From Limnochordia bacterium (GTDB lineage: Bacteria > Bacillota > Limnochordia > DTU080): DNA of 64,000 bases. This document shows positions 1 to 10,500 of this stretch, piece after piece. The stretch covers positions 128,001 through 192,000 of the forward strand of contig JBMNJG010000002.1 in the NCBI GenBank assembly GCA_050951545.1, written 5' to 3'. The position numbers and the translations under genes were made by a program. Position 1 is the stretch's first letter. Every line of letters begins with the position of its first letter. The notes under the pieces are model-generated. The model worked only from the letters and a program-made list of their open reading frames with translations, made no database searches and had not been told where the DNA came from.

Positions 1-2
1 CG

Positions 3-299
3 GTCATCGGGGCGATTGTTGGTTGGAGCGGCCTCTCGGTGCACGGGCAGGTGGCCAGCATAGTTAGTTCTACAGACTTGCGGATGAGTGCCTATATTAG
101 AGCTCGCGTGTTACATGCTGTGCTGGCCAGCGGGTTTACGGTACTCCTCGTGTGGCTGCGTCCTCCGGTGGCAGCAACTGCTGCAGGTGTTTTTACGGCT
201 GTGGCGTTCAGCCCCTTTTTCCGTCTGATCGTAGCCAGTGCGGTTACAGCGTTTGCAGTCATAGGAGGGGCTACCTGTCATGTACTGTCGCGACGGTAG
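3..299 (+). CDS. ylbJ: Sporulation integral membrane protein YlbJ, C-terminal part (gene starts before window)
   Basis: Frame is open from position 3: VIGAIVGWSGLSVHGQVASIVSSTDLRMSAYIRARVLHAVLA, matching the recalled YlbJ motif GWSGLSVHAQV...ARLLH. Confidence 0.75.
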   Translation, partial: VIGAIVGWSGLSVHGQVASIVSSTDLRMSAYIRARVLHAVLASGFTVLLVWLRPPVAATAAGVFTAVAFSPFFRLIVASAVTAFAVIGGATCHVLSRR

Positions 300-363
300 C
301 TGATGTCAGAGGATTACCGTTTCCTTTCACGAACGTACATTGTATACAGGGGGGATATCTAAC

Positions 364-813
364 GTGGATGCAACCATAAAGACCAAAGCCGAGGAGCTGG
401 GCCAGCTTCTGGCAGAGTCGAGTGTCTTTCAGCGGTTGGAGACGGCACGGGCGGCGATGAAAGAGCGTTCGGCGGCTCAGCTCATGTTGCGCGATTTCGT
501 GGCAAAACAGCAGAGGCTACAGCAAAAGAGCATGGCTGGTCATGAGATCTCTGAGGCCGAGATGGGCGATCTAGAACGGTCATGGCAGATCGTCAGTATG
601 AATCCCTACGTCAGGGAGTATTTGCAGGCGGAACGAGAGTTCGCCGATACGTGGCTGGGAGTCATGGGGATTCTGTCACAAGCAGTAGGACTTGACGCAC
701 CGGATGAGGCCGAGGCAGAGGAAGCGGAAGGCTCGGCGGAGGAGTCGGCGGACAGCAACGAGGCAGCTGCTGCGAAGGCGAAGAGCCGTCTCTGGGTGCC
801 GGGTGGCAAGTGA
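364..813 (+). CDS. YlbF/YmcA (Com_YlbF) family regulator
   Basis: [15 protein letters not shown]...[11 protein letters not shown] pattern; GTG at 364 after GGGGGA RBS; acidic C-terminal tail. Confidence 0.75.
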   Translation: MDATIKTKAEELGQLLAESSVFQRLETARAAMKERSAAQLMLRDFVAKQQRLQQKSMAGHEISEAEMGDLERSWQIVSMNPYVREYLQAEREFADTWLGVMGILSQAVGLDAPDEAEAEEAEGSAEESADSNEAAAAKAKSRLWVPGGK

Positions 814-835
814 GCTGGTAGAAGGAGATAGGGCA

Positions 836-2134
836 GTGAGCGAAGAGCAGGTATACATTGAAGATCTGCATGCGCATGATGCTGATGAGGTAACTGTCAA
901 AGGCTGGGTCTACAACAAGCGTTCTGGTGGGCGTATCCAGTTTGTTCTGGTCCGAGATGGGACAGGCATAGTGCAGAGTGTGATCCTCAAGAATCAGGTG
1001 AGTCCTGAGCTTTTTGCTCTCGCGGAATCCTTGACTCAGGAGTCATCGGTGATTGTCCGTGGGGTTGTGCGCACTGATGCAAGAGCACCGGGCGGCTATG
1101 AACTAGAGGTCACTCATCTGGAGCTCGTCCAGCTAGCCCAGGAGTATCCGATCACTCCGAAGGAGCACGGCGTGGAGTTTCTGATGGACCACAGGCATCT
1201 GTGGCTACGCTCCAGTCGGCAGCACGCCATCTTGCGAATACGTAGTGAGCTGGTAAGAGCCTGTCACGATTTTCTCCACGACAGGGGCTTTACGCACGTT
1301 GATTCCCCTATTCTTACACCAGCTGCTGTGGAAGGAACGACTACACTGTTCGAGACAGACTACTTTGACTCCAAGGCCTATCTGAGTCAAAGCGGGCAGC
1401 TCTATGCTGAAGCCGCGGCTATGGCGGTAGGTAAGGCGTATTGCTTTGGTCCGACCTTTAGAGCGGAGAAATCTAAGACGCGTCGCCATTTGATGGAGTT
1501 TTGGATGCTTGAGCCGGAGGTAGCCTATGCCACCTCTGAAGACAACATGCGGCTGCAAGAAGAGTTCGTAAGCTACATAGTACAGCGCGTAGTACAGCGC
1601 AGAGCAGCTGAACTTGAAGTTTTGGAGCGTGACACAAGCAAGCTGCAGAATGTCGTGGCGCCTTTCCCTCGGCTCTCCTATGACGAAGCGGTCGAACGTC
1701 TTCAGGCCAAGGGTTCTGATGTCGTCTGGGGTGAGGATTTCGGCGCAGATGACGAGACGATTCTCGCCAACGATTTCGACAGGCCTGTGATGGTGTTCAA
1801 CTATCCGACGGCTTTTAAGGCCTTTTACATGCAACCTGACCCGGACCGGCCAGAGGTGGTTTTGTGTAACGATATGCTGGCACCAGAGGGCTATGGCGAG
1901 ATCATAGGGGGCGGTCAACGCATCGCGGATTACGACCTGCTTGAGCGCCGCCTACACGAACATGATTTGCCGGAGGAGGCCTACGCTTGGTATCTTGACT
2001 TGCGTCGGTATGGCAGTGTTCCCCACGCAGGTTTTGGTCTGGGTATCGAGCGGACCATCGCTTGGATATGCGGCTTGCATCACGTGCGCGAAACTATTCC
2101 CTTCGCACGCATGATGAACCGGCTCTACCCTTAA
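836..2134 (+). CDS. asnS: Asparagine--tRNA ligase
   Basis: N-terminal OB fold ([18 protein letters not shown]), motif 2 [21 protein letters not shown], motif 3 [11 protein letters not shown]; GTG at 836 after AAGGAG. Confidence 0.95.
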   Translation: MSEEQVYIEDLHAHDADEVTVKGWVYNKRSGGRIQFVLVRDGTGIVQSVILKNQVSPELFALAESLTQESSVIVRGVVRTDARAPGGYELEVTHLELVQLAQEYPITPKEHGVEFLMDHRHLWLRSSRQHAILRIRSELVRACHDFLHDRGFTHVDSPILTPAAVEGTTTLFETDYFDSKAYLSQSGQLYAEAAAMAVGKAYCFGPTFRAEKSKTRRHLMEFWMLEPEVAYATSEDNMRLQEEFVSYIVQRVVQRRAAELEVLERDTSKLQNVVAPFPRLSYDEAVERLQAKGSDVVWGEDFGADDETILANDFDRPVMVFNYPTAFKAFYMQPDPDRPEVVLCNDMLAPEGYGEIIGGGQRIADYDLLERRLHEHDLPEEAYAWYLDLRRYGSVPHAGFGLGIERTIAWICGLHHVRETIPFARMMNRLYP

Positions 2135-2400
2135 GAACGGGTTCCAAGTAGGATGCAGAGCACTCCCATTACCACAAGTGCTAGCCTGTGGGGGAGTATC
2201 TTAGTAGCCAAGCCAGTGATGCCGAGAAGATTGACGAGTACCAGTATCATGGGACCCAGGAGGCCAAGAACTCCGTTGATGCGTAAGGCTGTCTCGACAC
2301 TACGGTAGCGCACCATGAGTATGGCTGCGAGCAACTCGAGACTTCCGGAGATCAGGCGCAGAAAGGCCATACTGGCTACAAGCTGTAGGGTGTCGTTCAA
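2131..2400 (-). CDS. yqhV: YqhV/DUF2619 family small membrane protein
   Basis: [19 protein letters not shown]...[13 protein letters not shown] pattern recalled for DUF2619; AGGAG RBS upstream on minus strand. Confidence 0.75.
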   Translation of the reverse strand: MNDTLQLVASMAFLRLISGSLELLAAILMVRYRSVETALRINGVLGLLGPMILVLVNLLGITGLATKILPHRLALVVMGVLCILLGTRS

Positions 2401-2583
2401 GATCTTCGCTCCTCTTGGTGCGCTGTGCGAACGTCAACTCATCTTATGGCAGAAGTAGGCTGGGTAGAAGAGAAGTACCGCCAGGAAGTCTCCTTCCACA
2501 GGGTCGGAAGTCCGTTTCTTGTTGCTCAGGGAGAGTTGTGCTATCCTGGAAAATACAGGTTGACCTTGAAGGGGGTTCCGGTT

Positions 2584-3831
2584 ATGTACGCACCTCTGCG
2601 CAAAGTAGATTCTGAGGTGTATCAGGCTATTCAGGCGGAACAGCATCGTCAGGAAACAAAGATTGAGCTTATCGCCTCGGAGAATTTCGTTAGCGCTGCG
2701 GTGCGAGAGGCGCAAGGGTCGGTTCTGACCAATAAGTATGCCGAAGGCTATCCTGGACGGCGCTACTATGGTGGCTGCGAGCATGTGGATATTGTTGAGC
2801 AGCTGGCCATCGACCGGGCCAAGGCCCTGTTTGGGGCAGGGCATGTAAATGTACAGTCGCACTCAGGTGCTCAGGCGAACCAGGCGGTATATTTCGCGGC
2901 TCTTGAGCCAGGCGACACGGTGCTGGGAATGGCGTTGCCGCATGGAGGACACCTCACTCACGGTAGCCCAGTGAACCTTTCGGGCAAGTGGTTTGAGGCG
3001 GTGTCCTACGGAGTCGACAAGACCAGTGAGCGTATCGACTACGATGAACTGCGTGCGCTGGCTAGGGAGCATCGCCCTAAGCTCATTGTAGCCGGGGCCA
3101 GCGCCTATCCCCGTATCATCGACTTTTCGATCTTTAGATCTGTTTGTGATGAAGTAGGAGCGCAGCTCATGGTGGATATGGCCCACATCGCGGGTCTTGT
3201 GGCTGCTGGGCTTCATCCGAGTCCCATTCCGTACGCCGACTACGTAACCACCACTACGCACAAGACTCTGCGGGGTCCGCGCGGTGGGATGATCATGTGC
3301 AAAGAAGAGCTCGCCAAGGCTGTAGACAAGGCAGTCTTCCCGGGCATTCAGGGCGGTCCGCTGATGCATGTAATCGCTGCCAAGGCAGTGGCCCTCAAAG
3401 AGGCTCAGAGTGCTGAATTCGTCAGCTACCAGAAGCGTGTCGTTGAGAATGCTCAGGCGCTAGCCGCAGCGCTGAGCGCTCGCGGTTTTCGTCTGGTATC
3501 GGGGGGCACAGATAATCACCTGATGCTGGTCAATGTCAAAGTGAAAGGACTTACTGGTAAAGTGGCCGAAGCTGTTCTTGATGAGTTGGGCATCACGGTC
3601 AACAAGAACACCATCCCCTTCGAAACTGAGAGCCCCTTTGTGACAAGTGGTATCAGATTGGGTACGCCTGCGGTAACCACCCGCGGCATGGACTCTCAGG
3701 CCATGGAGGAAATCGCTGACATCATTGATGCTGTACTTAGGGCAGCAGCTGAAGGAAACCTAGACTCGGCAAAGCAGGAGTTGCGCGCTCGAGTAGAGGC
3801 CCTTGTGGCTCAGTTTCCTCTTGACCAGTAG
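2584..3831 (+). CDS. glyA: Serine hydroxymethyltransferase
   Basis: [34 protein letters not shown] (PLP lysine), SGIRLGTPA; ATG 2584 after GAAGGGGG. Confidence 0.97.
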   Translation: MYAPLRKVDSEVYQAIQAEQHRQETKIELIASENFVSAAVREAQGSVLTNKYAEGYPGRRYYGGCEHVDIVEQLAIDRAKALFGAGHVNVQSHSGAQANQAVYFAALEPGDTVLGMALPHGGHLTHGSPVNLSGKWFEAVSYGVDKTSERIDYDELRALAREHRPKLIVAGASAYPRIIDFSIFRSVCDEVGAQLMVDMAHIAGLVAAGLHPSPIPYADYVTTTTHKTLRGPRGGMIMCKEELAKAVDKAVFPGIQGGPLMHVIAAKAVALKEAQSAEFVSYQKRVVENAQALAAALSARGFRLVSGGTDNHLMLVNVKVKGLTGKVAEAVLDELGITVNKNTIPFETESPFVTSGIRLGTPAVTTRGMDSQAMEEIADIIDAVLRAAAEGNLDSAKQELRARVEALVAQFPLDQ

Positions 3832-3841
3832 CAGAAGATAG

Positions 3842-5146
3842 ATGCCTACGGTTCGCACGAAGGCCGGGCGCACACGCGATCTGCGCCCGGCAATGCGCAT
3901 AGTGGCGCTTGAGGGCTTGTTCGCCAGCGCCAGTGATTACTTTTCGGTGCCCTATGTATCCCTTTTTGCTCTCAGTCTGGGTGCCAGTAGGACACAGATC
4001 GGGCTCATCGCCGCGGTCATCGCCCTGCTAGGTAGCGTGATGCAGCTGCCGATGGCGGTTCTGACTGAGGGGCGCTGGAGTCGCAAGCAGTGGTTTATCC
4101 TGTCCGGTGTCTTGGCTCGGGGTCTTTGGATCCCGATCGCTTTGCTTCCGTTTTACGCCTCCGGCCAGCGCGCGGTCTGGCTCTTTGTTTTGTTGGTTGC
4201 CGTGCGGTCCTTGGGAACTGCTGTTGGCTTGCCGGCCTGGACAACGCTAATGGCCGACATCACACCGCAGCCTGTGCGGGGCAGGTTCTTCGCTTACCGC
4301 AATATCCTTATGAACAGTGCTGGCTTGGTCTGTGTGCTGCTGGCTGGCTGGCTTATCCGGCAGTGGGGTGCCCCGCTCGGATACCAGATCTCCTTCCTCG
4401 CGGCGGCTGTCACGGGGATGATAGCCGTAGGCGTTTTCTCTCGACTACAGGAGCCCCCAGCTACAGAAGCACGTAGTCCGTCTGATGCGTCTGAAGAGCA
4501 CTTACCTTTGCGTCTGCGCCTGGGGCTGCTCACCAGGCATCTGCGACACGAGCGCCAGTTTAGCTTGTATGCGGCCACAGCGATCGTCTGGAGTCTCGGG
4601 CTCTCGCTGCCCCAACCGCTGTTTCCACTCTACTTTGTAGAACAACTCGGTGGCGCTGACTACCTGTGGGGTTTTCTCAGTGCTACCACTACCGTCAGTA
4701 CCGTTATTGGGCAACGCTATTGGGGTGCACTAGTGGATCGCTTTGGTGGGCAGCGCATCATGGCTATCTCAGGCGTGGGTGCGATGTCGGTCCCACTGTT
4801 GTACCTATTGGTTCCCGACTATCGGTTTGTGTTTGCCTTCAACTTAGTGACGGCATTTGCTTGGGCGGGTTACAACCTGGGGGCGTTTAATCTGTTGCTT
4901 GAGATCACTCCTGACCGGCGCAGGGCCACCTATGTGGCGGGTTATAACGGCCTGGTAGGGTTGGCCTCTACGGTGGCCCCTCTTGCCGGAGGATTTTTGG
5001 CTCAGCATGCTGGGATTTATCCTACGTTTCTTGTCGCCTTTGCTCTGCGCGTGACGGGATGGTTGCTCTTTATCGCCTTAGTGCGTCCAACGAGCGGCAG
5101 CCCTGTCGAGTGGTCGCAACTTGTGCCTGGACGGCGAAAGCATTAG
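3842..5146 (+). CDS. MFS transporter
   Basis: About 12 hydrophobic segments, WGALVDRFGGQR motif-A-like loop; 10 bp after glyA stop. Confidence 0.85.
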   Translation: MPTVRTKAGRTRDLRPAMRIVALEGLFASASDYFSVPYVSLFALSLGASRTQIGLIAAVIALLGSVMQLPMAVLTEGRWSRKQWFILSGVLARGLWIPIALLPFYASGQRAVWLFVLLVAVRSLGTAVGLPAWTTLMADITPQPVRGRFFAYRNILMNSAGLVCVLLAGWLIRQWGAPLGYQISFLAAAVTGMIAVGVFSRLQEPPATEARSPSDASEEHLPLRLRLGLLTRHLRHERQFSLYAATAIVWSLGLSLPQPLFPLYFVEQLGGADYLWGFLSATTTVSTVIGQRYWGALVDRFGGQRIMAISGVGAMSVPLLYLLVPDYRFVFAFNLVTAFAWAGYNLGAFNLLLEITPDRRRATYVAGYNGLVGLASTVAPLAGGFLAQHAGIYPTFLVAFALRVTGWLLFIALVRPTSGSPVEWSQLVPGRRKH

Positions 5147-5160
5147 GGCGACTCAGGCCT

Positions 5161-7536
5161 TCAGGGTAGCTGCATGCGATACACATGCACTGCGGCCGGG
5201 CCAAAGGTGTCACGCAAGACCCCTTCATGCATCCTTAGCGTTCGCTTCTCAAATGCGACGTCGATTTCCGCTTGCATAGGTAGGCCAGCGGTGCGCAGCT
5301 CCAGCTCGCCAAGATCCTGTTCGGAGGTGTTGACTGCCAGCAGAGTAAGATGGTTCTCATGCTCTATGGCCAAACAGCGTACAACGCCTTGCGGTCCACT
5401 TTGGAAACGGATACCCGTATGCGCTGGGCCCAGGAAGAGGGGCATCAGCTCGCCGACTTCCGCCACGATCTCTTTCATCGCGGCCCAGAGTTCTGGGTAA
5501 TCCTCCATGTGGAATGAGCGGTCACGATAGGTGTAGTAGATGAGCCCATTGGCACCTTCGATGAGTGCCTGGTATGTCATGTTGCGCTCTTGGGCGGGTG
5601 TCGGTACGCTCCACGAAGAGTAATCGCCGAAAGCCTGTGGTACCACCCACACAGGTTTAGCGTCTTGTACCGCCTCTCGGGCCTGGGCCACGTACTCACC
5701 CACTCGATGCAAATTGGCGGTACGCTGGACGGGATAGGGATCAACCGCTGACACCTCGATCCAAGGCGCATAGTTGGCGTACTCAGCGGGTATGCACAAG
5801 ACGGTATAGACAAGGCGCTGGGGATCAAGAGTCTTGATCTGATCGATGTTGCGCCCTACCGTTTCAGGAGCTACGCCAGCCCCGTCAGGCTCGTCGCCAC
5901 TATTCCAGGCGATCACCGCTGGATGCTCGCGGAAGCGCCAGACGGTCACCATATCCTGCAGCCCTTCCACGATCACTTTGAGCCCCAGGCTGTGGGCCTC
6001 GTCCAGGAGTTCACGGAAATCATACAAATCTCGGGCCCCGATATGCACTGTGTTGAACCCGGCTTCAGCCGCTGCATGGAGGAAACGACTCACTTCTTGC
6101 TTTGTGAAAGGCCAAGTGACCATGTATATGCCGAGCGGGAAAAAGGGTTCGTCGTCTACATAGGTCACATTGCGCTCGTCTAGCCACACCTTGGGTTGCG
6201 GATGGAGGCGGACTGTATATTGTCCCGCATGAACCACCTGATCGTCGACGAACAGGTGGGCGCTCAAGAGCTTTTCCCCTGAGGGCAACCCAGCAAGGGG
6301 CAGATCGAGCGACACCACGCTCTGCGGACTGTCCAGAGACACCACCTTCCGTTCAGCCAGAGTCACTTCGAGCCGCGTGTTGCTGAGCTCGATACCCTCG
6401 TCGGGGAGAAGGTGCAGTCTGGGCTGTATGCTTTCTGAGTGAGGATAGTAGTGCCGTGGCCACAACTCAAACTGAATGGCCTCGGGTAGTGTCTGGATAC
6501 GGCTCAGCGTGTAAAAGGGAGTCCCTTTGGCGTCTGTTAGCGTGAGGTCAAGGGTATATGGCCCTCGTTCGTTCAGCTCGAAGGGGATATGAGCGGTGGT
6601 GATCTCACCAGCGGCCAGATTCAGCGTGGTTTCTGGCGCGGTTGCCCATTCGTCGTAACGGCTTCGGCCGTAGCGCAAGCCCAACTGTACTCTCACTTGT
6701 TGGCCTTCGCCTAGGTTGCGCAGCTGTACTTTTGCGACGTTCTTGCCAGGCAGGTTCTGACCGGGTTCAAACTGAGCCAATTCTACACCGTGGCGGCGGC
6801 ACCGGGCATAGGCTACAGCGTTTTCCAGAAGTCCGCGTCCCAAAGGTTGTGCGGACCTGTCACTCATGCGAAAGTAGCTCGTCACAACGAGTAGCCCATC
6901 GCCTACTGGGCGATAGGCCAGTAGGGCTTCCTGATCATAGCAGCGTACGGGAGTTTTCCAGGGTTCTTGGATGCCAGTCAGGTGAGCCCAGTTATACTTG
7001 TTGTGTAAGAAGGGGCGCAGATCGTTGGGCCAACTCAGCAACGGATCACCGTCGGCCACCGTAACAGAACGTGTCTCATCTGAAGGGCGGCTGTGAGCGG
7101 CACAGGTGCTGCTGCTTAGCATAAGCTCGGGGCTGATCGCGCCGATCCATTGCCGCAGCAGCTGCTGGTACGAGGCGTCGGTGCAGATGACCACTCCGCC
7201 GTTCTCTAGAAAGGTCAACCATTGCTGGCTATGGGGCGTGAAATCCTGTGGATTTTCGTAGTTGCTTACGCTGGACCCGACCACGATATCGAACTCCTGC
7301 AGGCGGTTGCTCAACGTCTCCGCCTGCGTGTTCTCGAATTTGACCACCTGCCAACCTAGGGCGGCAAAGATGCTATCGTATTCGTTCATGAACGCCTTGG
7401 AGCCTTTGTTATAGGCGCTGTACATGAAAGCTGCTTTCACGGGCTGCTCAGGTCTGTGCGGATACATTTCGGCAGCGATCGCAGGGGTGCCTGTGCAGCT
7501 GGCGATCAGAAAGAGTGCAAGAGCAAAGATGGTCAC
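5161..7536 (-). CDS. Secreted multidomain protein with C-terminal glycoside-hydrolase-like TIM barrel
   Basis: Signal peptide; C-terminal FFPLGIY, AGFNTV, IAWNSGDEPD, VDPYPV, GANGLIYY motifs typical of clan GH-A-like barrels; AAGGAG RBS. Confidence 0.6.
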   Translation of the reverse strand: MTIFALALFLIASCTGTPAIAAEMYPHRPEQPVKAAFMYSAYNKGSKAFMNEYDSIFAALGWQVVKFENTQAETLSNRLQEFDIVVGSSVSNYENPQDFTPHSQQWLTFLENGGVVICTDASYQQLLRQWIGAISPELMLSSSTCAAHSRPSDETRSVTVADGDPLLSWPNDLRPFLHNKYNWAHLTGIQEPWKTPVRCYDQEALLAYRPVGDGLLVVTSYFRMSDRSAQPLGRGLLENAVAYARCRRHGVELAQFEPGQNLPGKNVAKVQLRNLGEGQQVRVQLGLRYGRSRYDEWATAPETTLNLAAGEITTAHIPFELNERGPYTLDLTLTDAKGTPFYTLSRIQTLPEAIQFELWPRHYYPHSESIQPRLHLLPDEGIELSNTRLEVTLAERKVVSLDSPQSVVSLDLPLAGLPSGEKLLSAHLFVDDQVVHAGQYTVRLHPQPKVWLDERNVTYVDDEPFFPLGIYMVTWPFTKQEVSRFLHAAAEAGFNTVHIGARDLYDFRELLDEAHSLGLKVIVEGLQDMVTVWRFREHPAVIAWNSGDEPDGAGVAPETVGRNIDQIKTLDPQRLVYTVLCIPAEYANYAPWIEVSAVDPYPVQRTANLHRVGEYVAQAREAVQDAKPVWVVPQAFGDYSSWSVPTPAQERNMTYQALIEGANGLIYYTYRDRSFHMEDYPELWAAMKEIVAEVGELMPLFLGPAHTGIRFQSGPQGVVRCLAIEHENHLTLLAVNTSEQDLGELELRTAGLPMQAEIDVAFEKRTLRMHEGVLRDTFGPAAVHVYRMQLP

Positions 7537-7565
7537 GGGTAGCTCACTCCTTTCTCGATTCCCGG

Positions 7566-10500
7566 CTACTTGTCAAACCAGATATCAACACTGATGCTCT
7601 CTGTAAAGGGAATGCCGATTCCTTCTGCATAGGGCCACTGAGGCGGCTGTGTATAGACGCCGGGTGAGATCAGTGAAGAGGCCGGGCGTCCGTCGGCGAG
7701 ATCCAGTCGGATCCAGAAGCGGCGCACCTTGAAGTAGTCGCGCTTAGGATTACGGATCTCGAAGGTATTACGAAAGCCTAGACTAGCAATGGCCGCCTTG
7801 GTCAGAGGGATGGCGCTGAAATCCCAGATGTTTTGTGTCTCGCTGCCGCCAGCTGGGGCCATGTTGCCCAGCTCGATGCCGTTGAGTACGGCGAATGAGC
7901 CGTAGGCGTCACCCGTGCCTGACAAGCCGATGCCATCATAAAACAACCAACCTCTTGTGGCTGAGCGCAGATCCTCAGCGGTCAATCCGCTCACGGGGAA
8001 GGGCCCTGGTTCACGGCGGTAGCCGGTCGGATCAAGGTCGAGTGTTCGCACAAAGGCCTTGTTCCGAGCTTCGATGCGCGCTTCGGCGACGCAGGCCCAG
8101 TCGCCTACAGAGTTATTAGCTTCGCCTACATCCGCAATCAACTTGAGACGTACGCTTTGTCCGGAAAAGGCCGATAGGTCACCTTCTAGCTCTAGCCACT
8201 CGTGTTTCGTGACGCGCTGCATGCCCACGATATGTTCTTCACCGTCAGGGGTGATGACCGCCACCTTGTAGAGGATACCGTCTCCGAGATCGCTTCCGTC
8301 TCCCTTGCCGACCCAGGCGCGTAACGCTGAAGGCTCATCAGGAATTGTCATTGGCTCGTAGAGTACGAAGACGTAGCCTGTGCCACCTACATAGGGCGGA
8401 TGCATGGTGAAGCCTTTGCGGGGAATCATGCCACAGGTGCGGGAGCCTAGGGCTACCGTGGCCCGGCTTGCAGTCATGTCGGCTGTCTCGCCTCTACCGC
8501 GCAGCGCCACGCCCACAGACCATTGCTTTGGCAGCTCTTCGAGCATAGGACGAGTGCGTGTGATCTGGAGGCCATACTCAACCTGCTCGCGCAGATCGCC
8601 CGCCCGCAGCTCTATTTCCAGGTAATCTATCATCTCATCGTCGGGTTCACCGAGATCAAAGCTGACCGTTGCCGGGTGGCCTGGCGCCAAGAACAGCTCG
8701 TGCGACACACCTGCCAAGGTGATCTCAACCGACGTGGCGTCGACTAGGTTGCTGCGCAGTGTGAGGTTGAGCGTGTTGTCTTCCAGTGTGGGAACAGCCT
8801 CAGCCAGTGGCACCACGACGAAGTCGATCCAGTGGTCTTCGATCTGCAGCCAAATGTGTTCGCCTGGTTGCGCCTCGACAGGGATGATGATCTCATGTTC
8901 TTGCACGCCACTGACTGTGACGCGCTCGCCTGCAACGACGTGGTCGCGGTCGCAATGGAGAGCCTGGTTTTTTCCTGGCCCCTGCCTTACGAGGTAGCTA
9001 AAGGCTCCCTCAACAGGTGCCACCCATGTCATTCCTCGAGAGTGACGCAGCTTTGCAGGGCCGAGCTCGCGGCCATCGAAGTCGAGGGCTATGGCGCTTT
9101 CCCCGTCGATAGCGAAGCCGCAGATGGCCCCCTCGTAGGGAATGATCTCCCATTCAGCGGGGCCGCTCTTGCGGCAGATGCATAGGCCATCGCCAGCGGC
9201 TTTGGCAAAGCGGGTAAAGGTACCTCGGGCGTCGACGTACAGGTAGGCTGGGGTGGCCGCGTAGTCAGCACGATGACCAACCGCATCGTCACTGATGACG
9301 TCGATGGCCCCATCAGCGCTCCAGCCTGCATAGCCGTTGGGCGGTAGGTCCAACTCCCGGTTGAAGGCGTTGACTCGCATGCGTTCGGTCGGACTGCCGT
9401 TGACGACGGTGACAGTCCCGTCACTATAGCGCGTAACGATCTGTGAGCGTCGATAGATACCAGAGGCGACCGCACTGCTCACATCGTGCAACTGGCCCAT
9501 AGCATCCGCGTAGAGAATGTGCTCTGCTTCAGCGAGGCAGTAGCGTGAGTGTAGTTGTTGGAGCATGTGGTAGCTGCGCAAGGTGTTCTGGAAGCCCCCA
9601 TCGCCTACAAGGAAGCCCGGGTGCCCGAAGGCGATCGTCGCGGCGAGGAAACGGTCTATAGAGGCGTCCATCTGCTCCGGAGTATCGCCGAGGCTGTAAT
9701 CTTGGCCGTAGAACATAGAGATGCTTCCCATCCCGAAGTTGCCTGCGAGCGGGTGCATCTTGCGCAAGTCGAAATCGACTAACCACGGCTGGGTGGGCAG
9801 ATCGTAGCCGCGATCTTGGGCGTAGTTGCCGTCAGTGAGACCCGAGTACATCCAGTGCATGTTGCCCTCAGAATAGACGGGGCCATTCCAGGCTTTTTTC
9901 TGGGTCAACATGATTTCCCCGTAGGAGTAGAAAACGGAGGCGAAGGTGCCCGCTCCGGGAACCCGATAGTCGTAATCTACCCGGGCCCAGGGCGAAACAG
10001 CAGTGTGCACGTCGCAGTAGGCGGTGGAGAAACCAAACTTCCCCTGAATTTGGGGGGCGAGCAGCTGATTGTATTCGACGGCTCGGGTTGGCTTTGGAGC
10101 GTAGCAGCGTCTCCAGGCGTGCTGGAGTTGGTTGTTCTGGTCGCGGTTGACCATATCAGTGCTCCAGAACTCATTTACTGGCGCAAAGTCAGTGAAATTG
10201 TTGTATGGGCCATAGACGTAGCCCAGCTCGTCTTGCATGAAGCGGGAGTAGGCCAAAGCGCCCTCATCGCCGCCCTTCTTTGGTGCAGCTTTGGTGCGGA
10301 AAGTAAAGCTCTCTTCACCGTCACGCCACATGGTCTCGTGGTCTGTCACTACCATCTCACGTATTCCCCAGCGGTAGTGTCTGCGCCAGTAGGCCATGTC
10401 CGTCTGGCGATTGCTTGCTCCGTGAGCACGCCACAGCTTGGTTCCTGTGATCTTCTTCCACGGGGAGGTCGGGTTGGGAATGTTAGGAAGTGTCTCTTCG

